From contig DASYKS010000002.1 in NCBI GenBank assembly GCA_035995205.1, forward strand, positions 51,026 through 115,025: a stretch of DNA of 64,000 bases, read 5' to 3'. Source of the DNA: Thermoanaerobaculia bacterium. Its GTDB lineage: Bacteria; Acidobacteriota; Thermoanaerobaculia; Multivoradales; UBA5704. The position numbers were made by a program, and so were the translations under genes. Shown here piece by piece: positions 46,074 to 54,101 of this stretch (positions within the stretch are counted from its first letter, which is position 1; the number at the start of each line of letters is the position of its first letter). The notes beneath the pieces were generated by a model. That model saw only the letters and a list, made by a program, of their open reading frames with translations, did not search any database and had not been told where the DNA came from.

Positions 46074-49000
46074 GGAAGAGTCCCCAGAGTCCGTCGTCGA
46101 GGTGAACCGGACCGTAATCGCGGTACAGGTAGTCGCCGGAGACGCTGACCATGCCGCCGGCCCCTCCCTTGAGCAGCGCGTCGAAGTGGTCGGAAGCTCC
46201 CATGCCGTCGCGGGTTCCCTTCCACTCGCACACCGGGTTGGAGCCCTGCCGGGTCGATCCGGAGCCGGCCAGGACCGGGTACTCCTCCCAGATGTGGCCG
46301 TGCAGGTCGAAGACGATCGGCGCTTGGTGGCCGCCCGGGTGCACGACCCGCATGCGAACCTGATCTCCCTTGGCGGCCGAAAACACCGGAGTTTCCGGAT
46401 CTTGATGGACCCAGGCATTCTCCATCAGGAGGTTGAACTGGGTGAAGTTGCGGGTGTCGTTGGTCGAGGTTTCGGGCGCCCAACCGGCCCGGTACCAGAG
46501 CGGTTCGGTCCGGTAGTTGACCGCTTTTTGCCCCGAGCTTTCCGGATCGTCGGCGACCATCAGGTTCTGGATCGCCGGTCCGAACGCGGGGTTCGAGTAG
46601 TCGTAACCGTCGCCCTTGGCGAAGCGCAGGTTCAGGTCGTCTTGGAACATGACCACGAACTCCTTGAACTTCCGGACGTCCGTGGGGGTGATGGTCGCCG
46701 AGGCCCGCGACTTGCGGACCGACAGGTCGGTCTCCGCCACCAGATCCTCCGTCCAGGTGGATCCCGGCGGCTCGATGACCAGAGCGCCGATCGCCCCCTT
46801 GCTGGAGTGCTTGATCGGGTCGGAGGAGGTGAGACCCGAGCCGCCGAATTCGACCGCGAGAGGCGTCGAGCCGGTGATCGTTCCGGCGAACCAGTAGTAG
46901 ACGACGCCTTCGCCGGGCGCCACCGTCTGCTTGCCCAACTGGAACGGGTTCAAGCCGACGTTCGTCCCGTCGCTGGTCATGACGTCGAACGCGACCAACT
47001 GGGGATGGAGACCGACGTCGAGCGAAGTCTTGAGCTGGTCGGTGTTGAAGTTCTCGACGATCATCGGAACGCTGTTCCAGCCGTCCAGAAGGTCGGTGTA
47101 ACCGGGCGGGATGTCGTTGTTCAGCTTGACCTCGATGCACTCGCCGGACCGGGCCCGCAGGACCAGCGGCTCGCGCCGGACGCTCGGAATCAGCAGCGGT
47201 CGGCCTTGCGTGTAGTCGAGATCGCTCGTGTAGACGAACATGATGGCGTCGGGCTGGCGCAGCGGACCTTTGCTGATGCCGCCGTGGCCCTCGGGCGGAG
47301 CGGGGTGATTCACGATGTCCGGGCGCCGGTTGTAGATCAGGCCGGCGTTCGGTCCGAAGCCGTCGTTCCTGAGAACTTCGGCCGCGGAGACCGCGGTGAC
47401 GTCGAAGTGCCGCAGCTTCGCGGCCGAGGGGCAGTTGGTCGGGATGGCCGCCGCCGCGCCGTTCGATTGAAACGGACGCTCGCTGGGGTCGCCGGTCTCG
47501 AAATCCTTGATTCCGACCGCGGAGGGTTGCTCGCTGACCCGATAGCCGCCGTCGACATCGGGAGCTCTCGCGTCGGGGTTCGCGACTTCGAGCACTTTCA
47601 AGTCGGGCCGCGCGCCGCGGTAGGTGCGGATCAACCCCCAGAGCCCATCCCACTGCGATTCGCTCGCCGCACCCGGCTTGTAGAGGAAGTCGGCGAACTT
47701 GCCGTCGACGTTGAGCGCCGGGATGCGGCCGATTTCCAGGTCGAACCATTCGGAGATGCCCATACCCTGCGAGTTGCGCCAGCCGGAATCGGCGACTTCC
47801 GCTTCGCGAAGCCACTTCATGCCGTGAACCGTCATGTTGTGCGACTCTTCATGCGCGCCGACGAGGACCCGGATCTTCACCGTGTCGCCCTCGTAGGAAC
47901 GCAGCAGCGGCGTATACGGATCTCCTTTGAACAGGCCCGCGGGATCGGTCAACGGGCCGTACGGCGCCTTGGTCAGGTACGGCGCGTAGGGGTAGGTGTT
48001 GAACTCCGGATCCCACCGGTCGGTGCGGGTCTCGTAGGCGAACGACAGATCGCCGCCCCGGCCGAGGAAGCCGCCGGTGTACTGCTGCGGGGCTGAGCCC
48101 GACTGGTCGAGCACGCGCAGCGCGATCGGCTCGTTCCGGTAGTTGACCGTATTGGTTCCCGGATCGTCGGCCGACACCGCTTCCGGACAGGGAGCCGGCG
48201 GGCCGGGCGTTCCATCCGGGGCGTTGACCGGGCAATCGATCGGCTTCGAGAAGAGGATCGGCGGCGCCTCTTCCTTGCGGCCCGGCGGGTTGATCGCCCG
48301 CTTCGGATCGGCAAAGCCGAGCGCGTTGGACGGGCACTTCGGGCTGCCCTTCTCATAGGCGAGGAAGAAATCGCCGTACTCCAGCATGAACTCGCGGTAG
48401 TTTTCGGTCGAGCTGCTGATCACGGCCTGCCAGCTGGTCGGGCCGCCGTCCTGGGAGAGGCCAAGACCCATGTTGGTGCCGAGCGGAGTGCCGCTTTCGT
48501 TGTGCGCCCAAGAGGAGCCCGGGGGCTCGACGATCAGGCCGGCGTACAGCCCCACCTGCTGGTGGGTGGACGGCCCGAAGTGATCGTGGGTGAAGACGGT
48601 GCGCAGGGTGCGCTGGCCGCCCTGGAGGGTGGTCATCGGGTCCGCATACCAGCGTTGCACGGTGGTCTGGGCGCCCAGCCATTCGTTTTCGTCCGAGGAC
48701 GCGCATTCCGAGGAGTGCGAGCCGAAGAACGGATGCACCTGCGCCACCGGGCAGGAGGTCGGATTGAACGCGCCCGCGGCGCAGTGGTTGGCGACCCGGA
48801 TCGCCTGGATCCGCTCGCGCACCTCGGCGGGGGAAAACGTGCCGTCCTCGTAGTTCCAGCCGTTGCCGCCGCCGTCGGAAGCCAGGACGTCGAACTTCAC
48901 CAGGTGGATGTGCTGGCCGAGGATGTCGGTCGGGGTCTTGACCTGGAAATCGTCGAGCTCATAGGTGTTGGGCACCAGGTTGGTGCTCCAGAACTCGATG

Positions 49001-51315
49001 CACTCGCCCGAATTGGCGCGGAAGAAGAACGGCTCCGGCGGCCGGGTTCCGGCGAGCGTCGGGGCGACGTCGTTCCACAGAGTGATCATGCGCGCCTGCG
49101 GGAAGTGCCAGCCGGCCTTGTTGATCACCATGTCGAGCTGGATGTCGGCCGCCTTGTAATACCGCATCTTCGAGCCCGTGGGGCAGGGGTCGGCGATCGG
49201 CGCGCCGCGCACCTGGCCATGGGTGTTGACCTTGAACGTCTTGGTCGCGGGAAGGTTGTCGGCGCGCGGGGTGGTGTAGCCGGCCGGGTTGTTGTGGAAA
49301 TTCATCGCGGTCAGCTCGACCGGTTCGCCGGTCTCCGCCAGGAACTTCGGGGTCAGAGAGGTGATGAACTTGTCGAAGCTGAGCCGGGTCTCGACGTGCG
49401 TCGCGGCGCCCTTGACCACCACGTGGCGTTGCAAACCGCCGTCGTGAATCGTGTCGAGAGGAGGATGCGGCGCGCGCCGGCCGGCGATGCCGGGGACGAA
49501 GAACGGATAGCCGGGGTTGATCGCGGTGGTGAAGACCGGCTGGCCGGTCGCGGGATTGATCGAGGCGGCGCCGGGGATCGGCGCCATCGGCAGGACCGGA
49601 ATCGGCACCAGGCCGGGGATCGGCGTGCCGGCGAGGATTTCGTTGTCCGGCAGGGCGCGCGAGCCCGGCGCGGGCTTGCCCTTGTCGGTCAGCTTGGTGC
49701 CCAGCTCCAGCACGTCGTGAACGCGCCAGAGCGACCACATGCCCTGCGCGAAGTGCGGATAGAAATGGCAGTGGAAGATCGAGTCGCCCGGCGTCTTGTT
49801 CAGGTTGCCGCTGCCGCCGTTGGTGATCTCGTAGGTGAAGCTCCCACCCTGGCCGATCGCCTGAGAGTCGCTGTAGTTCGACTTGTCTTCTTTCGGCGTG
49901 TGCAGCCACTGGTGGGCGTGAAGGTGGAAGATGTGATGGTCGTCCGAGCCCGCGTGCAGGTTGCGAAACTTGACGTGGTCGTTCAGGTAGCTGTGGTAGA
50001 CGTTCGACGGATCGTCGGGATAGAGCGCGCGGGTCGCTTTCGGTCCCGGCGTCGGGGTGCAAGGATAGGGCGGAAGGTTGTTGTACAGCGGCTCGCCCAT
50101 CTGGTCGAGGTCGCTCTCGGTGCAAGGCGAGTTGGCCGGCACGTTGACCACCATCGCCGGGTCGCCGATCGCCCAAGAGGAAAGGAAAAACTCTTCGTAC
50201 ATGCACTCCGGGCAGTCGTGCGCGGGGCCGACACCCAGGCGGTTCGCGATGATCTCTGCCCCCGCTCCTCCGGCGCCATAATTGATCGCAAAGGCGTCGC
50301 GGACGCTGTGGAGCGTGTGCTGCAGCTCCCGGTCTTCGAACTGGGGAAACGCCTGCACCGCGCCGATCTCGTCGTGGAAGATGATCGTGAACTCGCGGAA
50401 CGGTTCGTTGCGCTCAGGGTAAATCTTGGTGCTGGGGTTGGCCGACGACAGCATGCCCGCGTTCGGACCGGTGATCAGCGCGGTCAGGTCCGAATGGACC
50501 AGCGTACGGGCGGTCGACGAACCGGTATACATCTTGAGGATCGGCTTGCCTTCGTAGCGATGGCCGACGGGATAGGTCGCGGCGTAATTCAAACGCGGGA
50601 AGCCGTTGACGTCGGTCGTGGTCGTCGCCTTCGTCATGTCGTCTTCGGTCACCTGGCTGCGGTACCACTCGGACCCCGCCGGCTCGACGTCCACCGCGCC
50701 GAACAGGCCCGCGGAGATCGAGCCCGCGTCCGCTTCGCCGCCGATCGGAGCGCCCATGCTGTGGAAGACGTACGTGCCTTCCTGCGGGGCATAGAGGAGA
50801 TAGTCGATCGAGCCGCCGGGAGGAATGATGCCGGAGGTGGGATTCTGACCGACGGAAGAGCCGTCGCTCTTGATCGTGTCGACCAGCTGCAGGCCGACGG
50901 CATGGATCGAGGCGTCGCGCGTGGCCGGCTGTTCCTCGTCGCGCTGGACGCCGTCCAGAAGGTTGGTGAAATGGATGCGCAGGCAGTCGCCGACGTTGAC
51001 CCGCAGCACCAGAGGCCGCGGCCGCTTGTCGCGCCGCAATTGGACCTGGCCGGCGGAAAGCGTGTAGGCCGTGGGCGGCGGATCGGGCAATCCGTCGGCG
51101 TCGGAAAGGGGCAGGACGTCGCTCCTGAGCGCGTACATCATGCCTTGGGGTTCGAGCGCGCCGTAGCGATTCCAGGTCCAGGCCTGGTCGAGCGCCACGA
51201 CGTCGGCGTCGACATAGCCCGCGCAGCTCACCTGCGCGGAGGCAGGTAAGGCGGCGAGACCTGTCAGTAGGGCGAGGGCGCACAGCCATCGCGAGGGACG
51301 GGGTGAAGCGTTCAT
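46063..51315 (-). CDS. giant (about 1750 aa) multidomain multicopper oxidase, MnxG/MofA-like
   Basis: Start chosen at MNASPRPSRWLCALALLTGLAALPASA (ATG at 51315). Cu motifs: HIFHLHAHQW, HCHFYPHFAQGMW (49765-49773 encodes HCH), HIHLVKFD, HDHFGPSTHQQVGL and LHGHIW. Confidence 0.8.
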   Translation of the reverse strand: MNASPRPSRWLCALALLTGLAALPASAQVSCAGYVDADVVALDQAWTWNRYGALEPQGMMYALRSDVLPLSDADGLPDPPPTAYTLSAGQVQLRRDKRPRPLVLRVNVGDCLRIHFTNLLDGVQRDEEQPATRDASIHAVGLQLVDTIKSDGSSVGQNPTSGIIPPGGSIDYLLYAPQEGTYVFHSMGAPIGGEADAGSISAGLFGAVDVEPAGSEWYRSQVTEDDMTKATTTTDVNGFPRLNYAATYPVGHRYEGKPILKMYTGSSTARTLVHSDLTALITGPNAGMLSSANPSTKIYPERNEPFREFTIIFHDEIGAVQAFPQFEDRELQHTLHSVRDAFAINYGAGGAGAEIIANRLGVGPAHDCPECMYEEFFLSSWAIGDPAMVVNVPANSPCTESDLDQMGEPLYNNLPPYPCTPTPGPKATRALYPDDPSNVYHSYLNDHVKFRNLHAGSDDHHIFHLHAHQWLHTPKEDKSNYSDSQAIGQGGSFTYEITNGGSGNLNKTPGDSIFHCHFYPHFAQGMWSLWRVHDVLELGTKLTDKGKPAPGSRALPDNEILAGTPIPGLVPIPVLPMAPIPGAASINPATGQPVFTTAINPGYPFFVPGIAGRRAPHPPLDTIHDGGLQRHVVVKGAATHVETRLSFDKFITSLTPKFLAETGEPVELTAMNFHNNPAGYTTPRADNLPATKTFKVNTHGQVRGAPIADPCPTGSKMRYYKAADIQLDMVINKAGWHFPQARMITLWNDVAPTLAGTRPPEPFFFRANSGECIEFWSTNLVPNTYELDDFQVKTPTDILGQHIHLVKFDVLASDGGGNGWNYEDGTFSPAEVRERIQAIRVANHCAAGAFNPTSCPVAQVHPFFGSHSSECASSDENEWLGAQTTVQRWYADPMTTLQGGQRTLRTVFTHDHFGPSTHQQVGLYAGLIVEPPGSSWAHNESGTPLGTNMGLGLSQDGGPTSWQAVISSSTENYREFMLEYGDFFLAYEKGSPKCPSNALGFADPKRAINPPGRKEEAPPILFSKPIDCPVNAPDGTPGPPAPCPEAVSADDPGTNTVNYRNEPIALRVLDQSGSAPQQYTGGFLGRGGDLSFAYETRTDRWDPEFNTYPYAPYLTKAPYGPLTDPAGLFKGDPYTPLLRSYEGDTVKIRVLVGAHEESHNMTVHGMKWLREAEVADSGWRNSQGMGISEWFDLEIGRIPALNVDGKFADFLYKPGAASESQWDGLWGLIRTYRGARPDLKVLEVANPDARAPDVDGGYRVSEQPSAVGIKDFETGDPSERPFQSNGAAAAIPTNCPSAAKLRHFDVTAVSAAEVLRNDGFGPNAGLIYNRRPDIVNHPAPPEGHGGISKGPLRQPDAIMFVYTSDLDYTQGRPLLIPSVRREPLVLRARSGECIEVKLNNDIPPGYTDLLDGWNSVPMIVENFNTDQLKTSLDVGLHPQLVAFDVMTSDGTNVGLNPFQLGKQTVAPGEGVVYYWFAGTITGSTPLAVEFGGSGLTSSDPIKHSSKGAIGALVIEPPGSTWTEDLVAETDLSVRKSRASATITPTDVRKFKEFVVMFQDDLNLRFAKGDGYDYSNPAFGPAIQNLMVADDPESSGQKAVNYRTEPLWYRAGWAPETSTNDTRNFTQFNLLMENAWVHQDPETPVFSAAKGDQVRMRVVHPGGHQAPIVFDLHGHIWEEYPVLAGSGSTRQGSNPVCEWKGTRDGMGASDHFDALLKGGAGGMVSVSGDYLYRDYGPVHLDDGLWGLFRVK

Positions 51316-51432
51316 TCCAGATCTCCTTAAGGCGCTATTCGGCGCCGCTGTCGGTTGAATCTGGGCGAACCCTAGGCCCCCGTCTCTTACACCGGCATTA
51401 CAGAAGGGTGAAAATGCCCGCCCTCTTCCCTT

Positions 51433-51487
51433 CCTGGGTGCGCGGGCCTCCGGCCCGCAATGGCGGGCGAGACGCCCGCGCACCCAG
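51433..51487. repeat. REP-like nested palindromic element, copy 2
   Basis: It matches 7693-7747 except for the 4-nt loop and one stem base. Here the stem extends outward (CCCTCTTCC...GGAAGAGGGG, about 51421-51496). Confidence 0.8.
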
Positions 51488-51544
51488 GAAGAGGGGCCGG
51501 GGTCCGCTTGACGCTCCGGCTGGGCCGGGTACAGACTTCGCGGC

Positions 51545-52519
51545 CTGAGCATTCTTTCCTCCATCCCGCGGGGCCGGTACGCCCCGACCCCCTCAGGCTG
51601 GCTCCATCTCGGCAACGCCCGAACCGCTCTGGCGGCTTGGTTGTCGATTCGTAGCCAGGGTGGCGCGTTCGTCTGGCGTCTGGAGGATCTCGACGGCCCA
51701 CGGACGGTCCCCGGCATGGCGGAAGCGGCCGAAGAAGACCTCCGCTGGCTCGGCCTCGATTGGGACGAAGGGCCGGAACCGGTCGGCGGGCCGTTCGCGC
51801 CTTACGTTCAATCCCAACGCGCGGAGCTTTACGAGGCGGCGCTCGAACGACTTGCGCAAGCGGGCCGGCTCTTCCCCTGCCGCATCTCCCGTGCCGATCT
51901 CGCGAACCTTGCGACCGCGCCCCATGGTCGCGAGGGCATGCCGCCCTACCCGGCCGGCCTGCGCCCGAAGGATCTGGAAACCGGCTGGTTCGAAGCGATG
52001 CGCGCGAATCCCAATCCCGACGCCGCGCTCCGCTTTCGTGTCGACCCAGAGCCCGTTTCCTTCGTCGATCGAGTCTGCGGTCCGGTCGTCGAACAGGTCG
52101 ACCAAGAAGTCGGAGATTTCGTCCTCAAGCGCCGCGACGGCGTCTACGCCTACCAACTGGCCGTGGTGGTGGACGATCTCGCGATGGGCATCACCGAGGT
52201 CGTCCGAGGCCGCGATCTGCTCGATTCGACCGCCCGCCAGATCCAGCTGATCCAGGCTCTCGGGGGCACCGTGCCGAGCTATGCCCACCTGCCCCTAGTG
52301 GTGAACGCAGAGGGCGAGAAGCTTTCGAAGAGGGACGATGCCCTGAGGATTCGTACCCTCCGTGAAAGTGGCGTCGCGCCCGAGGAGGTGGTAGGCCGAC
52401 TGGGGGCGTCGCTGGGGTTGCTCGACCGCCCGGAGTCGTGCAGGGCGGAGGAGCTGGTGCCGCTGTTTCGGTGGGAGAAGGTGCCGCGGGCCCTCGACGC
52501 GCTTCAAATCAGGCTCTGA
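51545..52519 (+). CDS. gluQ: glutamyl-Q tRNA(Asp) synthetase; start codon unresolved
   Basis: The track ORF starts at the TTG at 51641, but the same frame upstream encodes RYAPTPSGWLHLGNARTALAAW (class I HIGH motif, 51575-51640). Downstream motifs include YAYQLAVVVDD and KLSKR (KMSKS-like). Confidence 0.8.
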   Translation: MSILSSIPRGRYAPTPSGWLHLGNARTALAAWLSIRSQGGAFVWRLEDLDGPRTVPGMAEAAEEDLRWLGLDWDEGPEPVGGPFAPYVQSQRAELYEAALERLAQAGRLFPCRISRADLANLATAPHGREGMPPYPAGLRPKDLETGWFEAMRANPNPDAALRFRVDPEPVSFVDRVCGPVVEQVDQEVGDFVLKRRDGVYAYQLAVVVDDLAMGITEVVRGRDLLDSTARQIQLIQALGGTVPSYAHLPLVVNAEGEKLSKRDDALRIRTLRESGVAPEEVVGRLGASLGLLDRPESCRAEELVPLFRWEKVPRALDALQIRL

Positions 52520-52567
52520 GCTCGGAAGTCTACTCGGAAGCTCGGAAGTTTTTGGACTTCCGAGTAG
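52519..52567. repeat. 49-bp hairpin-forming repeat, copy A
   Basis: AGCTCGGAAGTCTACTCGGAAGCTCGGAAGTTTTTGGACTTCCGAGTAG, identical to 53938-53986. It begins at the last base of the gluQ stop codon. Confidence 0.9.
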
Positions 52568-52584
52568 GTTTCCGAGTCGCGTGT

Positions 52585-53937
52585 TTATCGGGTGCGGTAA
52601 TAGCGTCGTTTGGGATCCTGAGGTCCGGTTCCGATCTCCCGCACCAGTCCATGACCGATAAGCCGGACCAACCGCGTTCGCGTCGCGCGAGGAGAGAGGC
52701 CGATCGCGTTGGCGATTTCGGCCGTCGTAAAGCCGTCGTCCGACGACAGGGCATTGAGAATAGCGGCGTCGGTCGCGTGCAGTTTGCCTTTCCCGATTCG
52801 GGTCGTAAACAGGGTGACGCGGAAACGAGAGCCGATTTCCTCCAGAGTGGGAGGGGCGAGGCCCGCATCAACGCAAGCCGCGCTCATACGTTGGATGCCG
52901 CTGCCCCAGTTCTCGATCAGCCCAAGCTCGTGAAAAACCCGCCCGATCACCCGGTTGCGGAGCTTCGAAATGCCGCGACGGAGATCTTCGATGGCCAAGC
53001 CGAACGGCAGGATGCCTGGATTCTCAACTTCTAGCCGGTCCGCGAAGATCGAGATCCGGATGGGTGCGCCCCGCTGCGAGTAGTCCGCGTGCGCCACGGC
53101 GTTCACGACCGCTTCACGAACCGCGACCGGCGGTAGGTTCCACCGATCCGTGCGGCGAACAGGACCGATTTCGGCTCCGTTGAGAGAGTGCTTGGCGACA
53201 AAAGCGATGGCCGCTTCGACAACCTCCGGCAAGTGCAGGCGAATCTCCGCGCGATCGACGAAAACCGACTTGTCGGCCCCCTGGAACCGTCCGGCCTGAA
53301 TCCATGCATCGGGGAATAGGCGCGATCTCTCATGACCGAACAGCAATACGCCTCCCACTGTGGGTGTGAGGCGCCCCTGATGGCGGGTCACCAGCCGGAG
53401 GGTCTCCAGGTCGTTTCGCTTCAGCTTGCGCCACGGTGCAAAGTGCTTTGTCGCAGCTCGGAAGTCGATCGCTTCCGAGCTCAACTCCGGAATGGCCTGT
53501 TCGTCGTAGGACTCGCCACGTGCCAGGCGTCGAAGCTCCTCGATCAACTCCCGATCGGCTCGGCGATTCGTCGAACCGATTCGAACGTAGACCCCGGCTT
53601 CAGGACCCTCGCGCTGGAGGAAGTGAGGCCGCGTGCCGCTGGGAAAAACGCGCACCGCCATGACGTAGGTATCCCGCCAGGGAAGGATCTCAAGGTCGGG
53701 CATTAGGCGAGGGAAAATGCTGTCCGTGATCAAGCTCGCCAGTCGCTCTTCAAGGTCGAGAGGGTTCTGGACGCCTCGGATGTGGCCGGTCCCGTTTTCG
53801 ATGCCGATCAGCAGGACGCCGCCCGCGCTGTTGGCGAACGCCACGATGGTTCGCAGCACGCCATCCGGTTTGACAAGCTCGCGCTTGAATTCGAGAGTCT
53901 TACTCTCGGGACGCTTGAGTAGGTCCATCAAATCCAT
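52585..53937 (-). CDS. AlbA_2/Schlafen-like DNA-binding domain - HATPase_c_4-like - wHTH protein (often annotated as RecG-like or putative transcriptional regulator)
   Basis: 450 aa from the ATG at 53937. MDLMDLLKRPESKTLEFKRELVKPDGVLRTIVAFANSAGGVLLIGI is the AlbA_2 signature. The central region is LPPVAVREAVVNAVAHADY...NPG. The C-terminal wHTH is FTTAEIANAIGLSPRATRTRLVRLIGHGLV. Confidence 0.75.
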   Translation of the reverse strand: MDLMDLLKRPESKTLEFKRELVKPDGVLRTIVAFANSAGGVLLIGIENGTGHIRGVQNPLDLEERLASLITDSIFPRLMPDLEILPWRDTYVMAVRVFPSGTRPHFLQREGPEAGVYVRIGSTNRRADRELIEELRRLARGESYDEQAIPELSSEAIDFRAATKHFAPWRKLKRNDLETLRLVTRHQGRLTPTVGGVLLFGHERSRLFPDAWIQAGRFQGADKSVFVDRAEIRLHLPEVVEAAIAFVAKHSLNGAEIGPVRRTDRWNLPPVAVREAVVNAVAHADYSQRGAPIRISIFADRLEVENPGILPFGLAIEDLRRGISKLRNRVIGRVFHELGLIENWGSGIQRMSAACVDAGLAPPTLEEIGSRFRVTLFTTRIGKGKLHATDAAILNALSSDDGFTTAEIANAIGLSPRATRTRLVRLIGHGLVREIGTGPQDPKRRYYRTR

Positions 53938-53999
53938 AGCTCGGAAGTCTACTCGGAAGCTCGGAAGTTTTTGGACTTCCGAGTAGACTTCCGAGTAGA
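53938..53999. repeat. 49-bp hairpin-forming repeat, copy B, plus a 13-bp extension of the palindrome
   Basis: 53938-53986 is identical to copy A, and the following ACTTCCGAGTAGA lengthens the stem. It begins 1 nt from the AlbA_2 gene start codon. Confidence 0.9.
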
Positions 54000-54101
54000 T
54001 GCCCGACGACGCGGTTGGGACGACCGTAGACCCTTCCGGGTTCCACGCCTTTGACATCGACGTCCTCCCCGGGTAGCGTTGCCGCCTGGAGGGTTTTGCC
54101 G

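Noticed and set aside
45943-51249. Plus-strand ORFs of 717 aa and 915 aa (45943..48096, 48502..51249) and the minus-strand alternate-frame ORFs 45677..47815 and 48959..50206
   Set aside because: All lie opposite or out of frame to the multicopper oxidase gene, which carries multiple Cu-ligand motifs. Their composition is Arg/Gly/Asp/Val-rich and low in complexity.
52519-53986. Integron attC sites or transposon terminal repeats for the 49-bp elements
   Set aside because: The copies are direct, not inverted. They lack the GTTRRRY core of attC sites. No integrase or transposase is nearby, and 49 bp is too long for a target-site duplication.
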